From positions 134,664,001 to 134,728,000 of the forward strand of contig OZ024745.1 in NCBI GenBank assembly GCA_964016885.1: 64,000 bases of DNA. The letters run 5' to 3'. Positions within the stretch are counted from its first letter, which is position 1. Each line of letters begins with the position of its first letter. The translations under genes were made by a program, and so were the position numbers. Shown in pieces: positions 39,011-50,519 of the stretch. Source of the stretch: Eledone cirrhosa (lineage: Eukaryota). The notes below the pieces were generated by a model. The model had not been told where the DNA came from. It saw only the letters and a program-made list of their open reading frames with translations, and made no database searches.

Positions 39011-42000
39011 ATTATTAGTTGTAGCTATAAGTTTAGCTAGATTGCCAGCGTTGAAATAGTATATGTCTATGTATGTATACACGTACACATGTTATTATGT
39101 ATAGTGTTTTTGTGTTTATACGTCTACAAATGTTTATGCCATATTTCAATTAGGAAAGGGAGTTTACTCTTGGATATTTTAATAAAATTACGAGTTGTTT
39201 CCCCTCTTAGCAGGAAATTTAGTTATTTGATAAAACTCAATTGTCAAGGCTGGTTGTCTCGGTCAGTGCTAAGTGTCTGGTGATTGTTGCAGTGAAAATC
39301 AATGAAGTACAAGCATAACAGACGAGAGAGAAGAATGCAGGCCCAGCAGTTTGAGTTCGCTGCCAAGCAGATGCCAATATAATATAAAATATTATTGAAT
39401 CGGATAGTTTATTGATTCCCTGTTTTATTGCAAAAGCGAATTCTTTAAAGTGCGAGACTATAGTGTTTGTCGTTGATGTATTTTTATCTATATTACTCTG
39501 CGTAAATACTGAATTTATGAGATGCCCGACCCTACATAAGCCCACAAACAGGCCTTCAACAGTAAAAATTGTCCTTTGTTAAAAAGAAGTTTTTTTCTTA
39601 ATATAATTACGTTTATCTGCTGGATTGGTTATTGACCATTTTTGTAGGAGGGGATTTTGTTAGTGGTGCGTTACCTTCGCTGACTTAACTCTGAGAAAGA
39701 AAAGCAATTATATTTTTCTTTAACTGTATTTAGCCACTGAACAATGGGTGTAGCTCCTTGGAGCACTCGGGTGTAATGACTTTGGCTTTAGTGTTCGTGT
39801 AGAGCAGTGATACTTTTGTATTCCACAAAAATCTTGATCAGGCAGTGACGATAGTCAGAATTATAGGCAATTTGCTTTAGCTCCTTCAAATATCTTCATC
39901 AGGATGTGACCGTTGGTTGATCTTTATCTGTGAAGCTGTTGTGGTTGTTTGAGCTTTTTGTCCATGTAGGGCTGGATTCTCTTAAGAATCACACCCTGTT
40001 GAGGGTCTTTGCCACAAGTGAGGTCCCCCTGTAGTTGGTGTTAGAGAGATCTGCCTTCTTTGGCAGTGGCACGAAGTTACTGATCGTCCACTGGTTCAGG
40101 GCAACTCGTTTCTCCAGAACTGAAAATCACAACTCTTACATGACCTGTAGCCACTCGATTTTCTCCATGGGCCTTGCCCTCCTTTATCTTTTTTTGCTCT
40201 CTGAAGCTCCTCTGGCAAAGGGTCCTGTCTCAATATGCAGTTTTTGTAACGGCCACCTGATCTGCCCAGTGTTCTTGGCTGTGGAGGGCATTTCATAGTT
40301 GTCTACTAAAATGGTCTAGACTATAATCTGACATCCGGTTTTAAATTCTTGTTATTGCCTGCAGGACTATGATAAAAAGGAGAGGGCTAAGAACAGCCCT
40401 GGTGTACACCGACCTGCATGCTAAATTCCTCGCTCTAGTCATTGATAACTGCTGATTGTTTCTTTATACATGGCTTGTACAGCCCTCATAAGCTATTCAT
40501 CTACTTCAAATTTTCTAAGAGCCCACCAGATTATAGCATGGTGGACTCTGTCGAAGGCTTTTTCCATTTCGACAAATGCCAGGTAGAGCGGCTTACTTTT
40601 AGCTAGGTACTTTTCCTGTAACTGCCTCACAAAGGTGAGGACATGGATGGTGCCTTTTCCTGGTACAAAGCCCAATTGCATATCATGTAGTTTCACCCTG
40701 TTCCTAATCAACTCTTTGTTACTTTCATGACCTGGTCCATCAGCTTTATACCTCTAGTTTCCTCTATCTAGTGCATCACTTTTACCTTTGTATCAGTTGA
40801 CCATGATGCTGCTGCACGAATCGTTTGGTACGACGCCCTTTAGTATTACCTAGTTAACAATACGTGTGGTTATGGTCTGATCTACCGACCCAGATGCCTT
40901 GAGCATCTCGGCAGCTATACCCGATAGACTGGTTGCCTTCCCCGTCTTCATATCTTTGATTGCCATACTACATTGCTGCTGACTTGTTCTGCTAGCCCCT
41001 CTATAGGGTTCACTTTGGGTATGGTATCTTTTTCCCATACATTCTCCTCATTTAGTAATATTTCATACTGGCTCTTCCACGCATCTTCTCAGCACTTGTG
41101 AGTGCAAGCTGACTTTTATCATTCTGGATACACTTTTGTCCAATGACATCACAATTCTCTCTGAAACACTGCCTCGTAATCTGGAACAACTGTTTCTGTT
41201 CCTCGTGTTGCAAAACATGCTTGAATTTCCTATCCTCTGCCTCCCTTCTAGCTAAGTATACTTGTCGCCTAGCTTCGCTCCTGGTCTCTATGTAATGTGC
41301 CCTGTTTTTCCATTCTTTCCATGCCTGTCTCTTAGCCTTAACTGGCTCATCTACAATATTGTTCTACCACCAAGTCACTCTCCTCATCCATGTATATATC
41401 TTTTTATCATCTTTTTCTCAAATATCCACACATGACGACACACATGCAAATATTATGCATGGATATGTTAACTGGTAGCTGGAGAGTGAGAATAATATAG
41501 ATGATAAAAATCTATCTTCAGCAACAAGTGCTATATTGTCTCCCATGTTGAAAGATATTATTTTACAATATAAGAACTTGAAACTAAGACTAACTGATGT
41601 ATAGAATAGAAAGACCTAGATGTGAAAAGAAGTGGAAATTGTGCAGATTGAAGATTGAAGATTTGACCGATGTGAAGAAACTGGAAAGATGTGTCGAAAA
41701 GCGTGAAGAATGCAGACCGTAGGAAAGACATCCCCGAGAGTGAACATTTGAAGCTAGAGCAAGGTTTTAAGAGTTAGAAAGAGTAGTTGTTGATTGTTCC
41801 TTTGAAAAGCAATGAAGTGGAAGCATAACAGACAAGAATGCAGACCCAGCAGTCGGAGTTAAGCAGCGAAGCAGATGCCAATATAATATTAAATATTAGA
41901 GAATCAGTTTGTTCTTATTTCATGTTTTATTGCGAAATGGTATTGTTGAAAGCTAAAGACAATATAGCGTTTGTTGAAGATGATGTATATTACTTTCTAT

Positions 42001-45000
42001 GCAGAAATAAGGAAACATTTGCAGTCATCATCATCATACGTTCGCTCTCAAGTGTGGGACATGTACTATTGAGCACCGCCTCTTTCGGCTTATACCGGTC
42101 GTTGTTCACCTCGTTGGTGATTGTTAGCGATTTGAGGTCTGCTCTCACCACCCTGTCTATATTTTTCCTAGTCTGTCTTCTACTCGAATTACTTGGCACT
42201 TGTTTACCCAGCAAACCATCTTATACTTTTCTCCTGCACACAACTCATACCCATTTTCTCTCTCAACTCATCTCTGCTCGGTCGTCGGAGCATGCTTCCT
42301 TCATTTCTTTGCCAGCCTTGGCATATTCTCTGCAATTGCTGGCCATGTCTCACTTCTTCCAACCCATCCTTATTGTAGATATTATGGCCTCGTAGTAGCC
42401 TCCTCTCTTTCTAATCTGCTCATCTGTATAGAACCCACCTTCATTTGAAAACTGTTTCTATCACTGTCACTTCTACTGTGAAATTTCTCTGTACATGTAG
42501 TTTTCACTACCTGTTTGCTTGCTATCCCACTACATATGTTGAGTACCCCAGATGTGCATTGTGTATATTTTATAGAATTTATCCCAACTCCTTTTCAACA
42601 TAGGGAGCATGTCCTCTTTTCTATGTTTTTATTCTGTCCTCTTGCTTCCAACTACTGTTTCCATAGACAGCATTTCTTCTTTAGCTTCTTTACTGATTCT
42701 GCTATAAGAACCAGATCGTCATGGACAGCTAGTTTTAAACGCATCTGTTACTGACAGCACCTCTGTACAAAGCCTGCACTGCCCTCACAAGACATTCCCC
42801 AACACCTAGTTTGGTTAGGCACCACCAGATGACAGATCATGGTACCCTACCAAAGGAGTTGTCTGTCAACAAAATTAATTGCTAAGATGGTTATATTTTA
42901 TATATTTCCTAAGACTCGTTTGATTAAAAAGCTTAATTTTTATTTCTTTTTACTATTAGTTGTAGCTCTTATAAGTTTAGCTAGATTGCCAGCGTTGAAA
43001 TAGTTGCGCTTTAGTTGTGATGTAGGTGTTGCAAGTTCCGGCTGTAAGTCGTGGGGGTGTAGTATATTGTCATGTATGTGTACATATGTCTGTGTATGTA
43101 TACACGTACACATGTGTGTAGTGTTTTTGTGTTTATACGTCTACAAATGTATATGCAATATTTCAATTAGCAAAGGGAGTTTACTGTTTGAATTTTTTAA
43201 TAAAAATAAGAGTTGTTTCCCCTGTTAGCAGGAAATTTAGTTGTTTGATAAAACTGAATTGTCAGTGCTAAGTGTCTGCTGAAGACTAGACATCTAAATT
43301 ACGATATATAAGTACACGCATGGATATGTTGCCAAGGAGCTGTCGAGTGATTATAATGTAGATAAGCAAAATCTATGAACACTCGCTATATTATCTCGCA
43401 CTTTTATGGATATGTTTTTGCAATACAAGAATAGGAAACGAAGAAAAACTAATTGACTGAATACTGTGTGATGCAGGCAAAAGATGTTGAAATTGTGCCG
43501 AATTAAGATTGAAAATTTGACCGCTGTGGAGCAGCTGTGGAAAATTTGCATGATGTAGTGAAGAATGCAGTGGGTAGAAAAGACATCCCCGAGAATAAAC
43601 AAGAGTAATTGGTGATTGTTGCAGTGAAAATCAATGAAGTACAAGCATAACAGACGAGACAGAAGAATGCAGGCCCAGCAGTTGGAGTTCGTTGCCAATA
43701 TAATATAAAATATTATTGAATCAGATAGTTTATTGATTCCCTGTTCTATTGCAAAAGCGAATCCTTTAAAGTGCGAGACTATAGTGTTTGTCGTTGATGT
43801 ATTTTTATCTATATTACTCTGCGTAAATACTGAATTTATGAGATGCCCGACCCTACATAAGCCCACAAACAGACATTCAACAGTAAATATTTAATTGTCC
43901 TTTGTTTAAAAAGAAATTTTTTTTTCTTAATATAATTACGTTTATCTGCTGGATTGGTTATTGACCATTTTTGTAGGAGGGGATTTTGTTAGTGGTGTGT
44001 TACCTTCGCTGACTTAACTCTCTGAGAAAGAAGAGCAATTTTGATATTTTTCTTTGACTGTATTTAGCCACTGAAGAATGGGTGTAGCTCCTTGGAGCAC
44101 TCCCAACCAATAGTTCGAAGAACCATCGGGTGTAATGACTTTGGCTTTAGTGTTCGTGTAGAGCAGTGATACTTTTGTATTCCACAAAAATCTTGATCAG
44201 GCAGTGACGATCGTCAGAATTATAGGCAATTTGCTCAAATATCTTCATCAAGATGTGACCGTTGGTTGATCTTTATCTCTGAAGCTGTTGTGGTTGTTTG
44301 AGCTTTTTGTCCATGTAGGGCTGGATTCTCTTAAGAATCACACCCTGTTGAGGGTCTTTGCCACAAGTGAGGTTCCCCTGTAGTTGGTGTTAGAGAGATC
44401 TGCCTTCTTTGGCAGTGGCACGAAGTTACTGATCGTCCACTGGTTCAGGGCAACTCGTTTCTCCAGAACTGAAAATCACAACTCTTACATGACCTGTAGC
44501 CACTCGATTTTCTCCATGGGCCTTGCCCTCCATTATCTTCTTTTTTTGCTCTCTGAAGCTCCTCTCTGGCAAAGGGTCCTGTCTCAATATGCAGTTTTTG
44601 TAACAGCCACCTGATCTGCCCAGTGTTCTTGGCTGTGGAGGGCATCTCATAGTTGTGTTCTAAAATGGTCCAGCCATTTCCTTTTTCCTATCCTCTGGAT
44701 CTGTTTCCTTGATCTGACTCTTCCTCCATGTGATCTCGTTGATCATCCAACTGTCAACCGTTCTCTTAACACTTTAGTGCCTCCTCTCTGGCGTCAGTGT
44801 AAGCGGTACAGAGTGCTTCCCTCATCACCTCCACTGTGTCCATCCTCTCCATAGGATCAGCACAGAATTGGTCCTTGGCAGGCTGCACACACCTTTGGGT
44901 CTGCAGAACTGACATGCTTCCTCTTCTTTCTCCTCAGCATCAGTGTCTCACTTGCTTCTGCTACTGCATTGTTCAAGTACCTGTACCTCTTTGTCAAACT

Positions 45001-48000
45001 CTCTACATAGAGCACTGAACCTGTTGCTCACTTCTCCTGTGAACCTCTTCTGTAGCTTATGTTCCTTGAACGTTCCCCAGTCATAGATTATACTGTTGGT
45101 GTAGCCTTGCTCTTTCTTAAGCTCACTCGGACCTCACTCATAACAAGCATGTGTCCACTGTCCCAGTGTACTGAAATAGTTGTATGGTTCTGTGTTGAGA
45201 ACACTATTGCGCTGCTTTTTCCTCACCAGAAAGAAATCAATCTAGGTCTTGGTCCACATCTTTTCTGGATTCTCCCTTAACGTTAGGTTGGTTGCCATCA
45301 AGTTTGCATCCAGCATGGCGTCTGTCGGTAGTCTTCCATTTCTGTTGGTGTTAGGGAATTACCAGCGCGGTCTTCTCTACTCTCCTTACTCAGATGTGCA
45401 TAGAAGTCCCTCAGAAGAATGATGTTTTGAGCTTGTGTGGTGTTGACAGCTCTACACATCTCCTCATGAAATTCCTCTGCATTCACATCACTGTCTCCCT
45501 TGGTAGGACTATAATCTGATATCCGGTTTTAAATTCCTGTTATTGCCTGCAGGACTATGATAAAAAGGAGAGGGCTAAGAACAGCCCTGGTGTACACGGA
45601 CCTGCATGCTAAATTCCTCGCTATAGTCATTGATAACCCTAACTTTGCTGACTGTTTCTATATACATGGCTTGGTACAGCCCTCATAAGCTATTCATCTA
45701 CTTCAAATTTTCTAAGAGCTCACCAGATTATAGCATGGTGGACTCTGTCGAAGGCTTTTTCCATTTCGACAAATGCCAGGTAGAGAGGCTTACTTTTAGC
45801 TAGGTACTAATCAACTGTGCTATAACTCTTTACGTTACTTTCATGATCTGGTGGTCCATCAGCTTTATACCTCTCTAGTTTCCTCTATCTAGTGCATCAC
45901 CTTTACCTTTGTATCAGTTGACCATGATGCTGCTGCACGAATCGTTTAGTATTATCTAGTTAACATTACTTGTGTTTATGGTCTGATCTACCGACCCAGA
46001 TGCCTTGAGCATCTCGGCAGCTATACCCGATGGACCGGTTGCCTTCCCCGTCTTCATATCTATGATTGCCATACTACATTGCTGCTGACTTGTTCTGCTA
46101 GCCCCTCTATAGGGTTCACTTTGGGTATGGTATCTTTTTCCCATACATTCTCCTCATTTAGTAATATTTCATACTGGCTCTTCCACGCATATTCTCAGCA
46201 CTTTTGTTCAATGACATCACAATTCTCTCTGGAACACCTGTTTCTTTTCCTCGTGTTGCAAAACATGCTTGAAATTCCTATCCTCTACCTTCCTTCTAGC
46301 TAAGTATACTTGTCGCCTAGCTTTGCTCCTGGTCTCTCTGTAATGTGCCCTGTTTTTCCATTCTTTCCATGCCTGTCTCTTAGCCTTAACTGCCTCATCT
46401 ACCATATTGTTCTACCACCAAGTCACTCTCCTCATCCATGTATATATCTTTTTATCATTATCCTTTTCTCAAATATACACACAGGCAAATATTATGCATG
46501 GATATGTTAACTGGTAGCTGGAGAGAGAATAATATAGATAAGTCTATCTTCAGCAACAAGTGCTATATTGTCTCCCATGTTGAAAGATATTATTTTACAA
46601 TATAAGAACTTGAAACTAAGACTAACTGATGTATAGAATAGAAAGACCTAGATGTGAAAAGAAGTGGAAATTGTGCAGATTGAAGATTGAAGATTTGACC
46701 GATGTGAAGAAACTGGAAAGATGTTTCGAAAAGAGTGAAGAATGCAGTCCGTAGGAAAGACATCCCCGAGAGTGAACATTTGAAGCTAGAGCAAGGTTTT
46801 AAGAGTTAGAAAGAGTAGTTGTTGATTGTTCCTGTGAAAAGCAACAAAGTGCAAGCATAACAGACGAGACAAGAATGCAGGCCCACCAGTCGTAGTTAAG
46901 CAGCAAAGCAGATGCCAATATATTATTAAATATTAGAGAATCAGTTTGTTCTTATTTCATGTTTTATTGCGAAATGATATTGTTGAAAGCTAAAGACAAT
47001 ATAGCGTTTGTTGAAGATGATGTATATTACTTTCTATGCAGAAATAAGGAAACATTTGCAGTCATCATCATCATACGTTCGCTCTCAAGTGTGGGACATG
47101 TACTATTGAGCACCGCCTCTTTCGGCTTATACCGGTCGTTGTTCACCTCGTTGGTGATCGTTAGCGATTTGAGGTCTGCTCTCACCACCGCCGTATATGT
47201 TTTTCCTAGTCTTCCTCTACTGCGTGTTCCTTCTACTGGAATTTCTTGGCACATGTTTACCCAGCAAACCATCTTATTCTTCACTCCTGCACATAACTCA
47301 TACCCATTTTCTCTCTCAACTCATCTCTGCTCGGTCGTCGGAGCATGCTTCCTTCATTTCTTTGCCAGCCTTGGCATATTCTCTGCAATTGCTGGCCATG
47401 TCTCACTTCTTCCAACCCATCTTTATTGTAGATACTCTGGCCTCGTAGTAGCCTCCTCTCTTTCTAATCTGCTCATCTATGTAGCGGAAGGTACGAACCA
47501 CTTGTATAGAACCAACCCACCTTCATTTGAAAACTGTTTCTATCACTGTCACTTTTACTGTGAAATTTCTCTGTATAGGTATTTTTCACTACCTGTTTGC
47601 TTGCTATCCCACTACATATGTTGAGTACCCCAGATGTGCATTGCGTATATTTTATATAATTTATCCCAACGCCTTTTCAACATAGTGAGCATGTTCTCTT
47701 TTCTATATTTTTATTGTCCTCTTGCTTCCAACTAGTTTCCATAGACAGGATTTCTTCTCTAGCTTGTTTACTGATTCTGCTATAAGAACCAGATCGTCAC
47801 GGACAGCCAGTTTTAAACGCATCTGTTACTGACAGCACCTCTGTACAAAGCCTATACGGCCCTCACCACCTAGTTTGGTTAGGCACCACCAGATGACAGA
47901 TCATGGTAACCTACCAAAGGAGTTGTATGTCCAAAAAATTAATTGCTAAGATGGATTACATTGCCACCAGTTATATTTTATATATTTCCTAAGACTCGTT

Positions 48001-49104
48001 TGATTAAAAAGCTTAATTTTTATTTCTTTTTACTATTAGTTGTAGCTCTTATAAGTTTAGCTAGATTGCTAGCGTTGAAATAGTTGCGCTTTAGTTGTGA
48101 TGTAGGTGTTGCAAGTTCCGGCTGTAAGTCGTGGGGGTGTAGTATATTGTCATGTATGTGTACATATGTCTGTGTATGTATACACGTACACATGTGTGTA
48201 GTGTTTTTGTGTTTATACGTCTACAAATGTATATGCAATATTTCAATTAGCAAAGGGAGTTTACTCTTGGATATTTTAATAAAATTACGAGTTGTTTCCC
48301 TTCTTAGCAGGAAATTTAGTTTGATAAAACTGAATTGTCAAGGCTGGTTGTCTTGGTCATTGGTAAGCGTCTGTTGAAGACTAGACATCTAAATTACGAT
48401 ATACAAGTACACGCATCCATGAATGGATATGATGTCAAGTAGCTTGCGAGTGAGAATAATGTAGATAAGCAAAATATATGAACACTCGCTATATTATCTC
48501 ACACTTTTATGGATATGTTTTTGCAATATAAGAATAGGAAACGAAGAAAAACTAATTCACAGAATACAGTGTGATGCAGGCAAAAGATGTTGAAATTGTG
48601 CCGAATTAAGATTGAAAATTTGACCGATGTGGAGCAGCTGTGGAAAATTTGCATGATGTAGTGAATAATGCAGTGGGTAGAAAAGACATCCCCGAAAATA
48701 AACAGAAAGAGTAGTTCCAGTGAAAATCAATGAAGTGCAAGCATAACAGATGAGAGAAGCATGCAGGCCCAGCAGTTGGAGTTCGCTGCTAAGCAGATCG
48801 ATGCCAATAGAATCTAAAATATTATGGAATCAGATAGTTTATCGATTCCCTGTTTTATTGCAAAAGCGAATCCTTCAAAGTGCGAGACAATATAGTGTTT
48901 GTTGTTGGTGATAATATACTTTGTGTAATAGTCTCTGTTCATAAATAATGAAAAATGTGCACATAGTCGACCCTGACTATACGTTCATATTAGTTGTGAA
49001 GCTTTGCTTGTTTAAAACAGAAAGACGACCATCTTTGATTAAAAATATCATTGTATAAGTTGTGCTTCTAAACACTACATGTAAACATGTAGAACACAGA
49101 CATT

Positions 49105-49255
49105 CACAAATGGTTATTTAATTCACAATTGGTTATTTAATTTCTATAATTAATTAAGATGGATTACATGGCCACCGATTATCTATAATTCACAAATGGT
49201 TATTTAATTTCTATAATTAATTAAGATGGATTACATGGCCACCGATTATCTATAT
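49105..49255. repeat. Short tandem duplication (~67 bp) abutting the Helitron 5' end
   Basis: TTCACAAWTGGTTATTTAATTTCTATAATTAATTAAGATGGATTACATGGCCACCGATTATCTATA occurs twice. Confidence 0.85.
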
Positions 49256-49875
49256 ATAAAACTGAAGATGTCCGAGTTCGAATCGCTAAAGCTCGAGAAC
49301 CACCCAACGGACTGTTTTCAAACTTTACACATGTAATACTTATGTTTGAGAGATTGTTCTGATCACCCCCAATAGATTTCAACTTTTCTAAGCCCACAGG
49401 GACGACATTAGGCGGTTTAGCGATCTCACTCTATAATTCTTAGTCTCTTTTTCGATAGACGTACTTATAACGTCGCGCCCTTATTATATCTGTATGACTG
49501 TCTGCATTACGTCACTTCCTTGAGGGTGTGTTTGAATCCCTTAAACTCGAAGTACCCAACCGATATTTTTTCAAACTATAAATGCGTATTACTTAGGTTT
49601 AAGGTAGTGTTATGCACATTAAAAATTTAAACATTTTTTTTATCTGCTGGGGCCCGCATTAGATGAAAAAGTTTTTTTTTTATCTTAGGACTTTTTGTAG
49701 CCGTTACGTGTAGCCGATTTTCGCTAAATTTCAAGGCATATTATGGTCATAAAAAGAAAATCATTATCTCGATCCCCTAGGGCCCGCATTAGGTGAAAAC
49801 CTGCCTTTTTCTTGCTTCATCCATCAGAGTATTCGAAAATACTTTATATGGTGCAACGCCAGGTACCACTGCTAG
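49249..49875 (+). mobile_element. Complete 627-bp non-autonomous Helitron
   Basis: A|TC start at 49249; degenerate hairpin GGTGCAACGCCAGG; CTAG|T end at 49872-49875; no TSD; empty paralogous sites elsewhere in the array. Confidence 0.92.
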
Positions 49876-50519
49876 TATATTATAGATTTCACGAAACTCG
49901 TTTATTTAAATCTTTTTTACCATAATGCCATTTCGACTATAGATCTGATAAGTTGAGCTAGATTGCCAGCGTCGAAATAGTTTCGCTTTAGTTAGGATGT
50001 AGGTGTTGAAAGGGCCGGATGTGAGCCTTGGGTGTAGTCTATTTTCACACATTCGTAGATATATACATGTATGTATATATATATATCTAAACACGTGTAT
50101 GAAAGTATGTACACGACTTTATGTATGTAACCCTGTAACATTGAGCTTTCCGATAACCCTTTGTAAATATGCAATGTCGGTTTGATAAGCACGACAAAGA
50201 ATTGAAGATACTAGGCAGATTAACATGTTAGTTGAACGACCGTTGACTTGAATTGCGCGTGAAAATACGTGGGTGCAGTTGGTGGGGCTGATGCTTTTAA
50301 GTTTGTTTTTGTCTTGTTGAATAATCATGGCGTGCTACTTTGTAGTACTTGTATTGCAGGCCGTTGTTCCGGTGGTTAAGGTAAGTGGCGATGTTATTAC
50401 TGTTTGGGTATTTTAAGTTTTCGTCTAGTTGGTTTGGGGTGGCGGTCGGATTGGTTTCAGATTAACGGTCTGTGTCTGGTTTACAGTTGTGATTAGTTTG
50501 TGTAAGAAGCGAAGAATGC

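Larger units (their letters stand above)
28510..50060. repeat. Subtelomeric array: four mosaic ~4.2-5.3 kb units plus partial flanking monomers
   Basis: Anchor GTA(C/A)CCTACCAAAGGA near 33655, 38675, 42842, 47906; recurring ORFs (30781/36053/45059; 31672/40850/45956; 33328/42515). Confidence 0.95.

Noticed and set aside
43351-43866. 171-aa hydrophobic ORF as a membrane protein
   Set aside because: Frame is not kept among paralogous modules and no family is recognised.
29720-47935. Telomere-maintaining retrotransposon array (HeT-A/TART-like), since LINE fragments face away from the telomere
   Set aside because: Fragments are dead, come from a few insertions multiplied by duplication, are not joined to telomere repeats, and a long TTAGGG tract is present.
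28510-50060. CRISPR-like or other prokaryotic system
   Set aside because: No short repeat-spacer array or operon structure; the context is a eukaryotic subtelomere.
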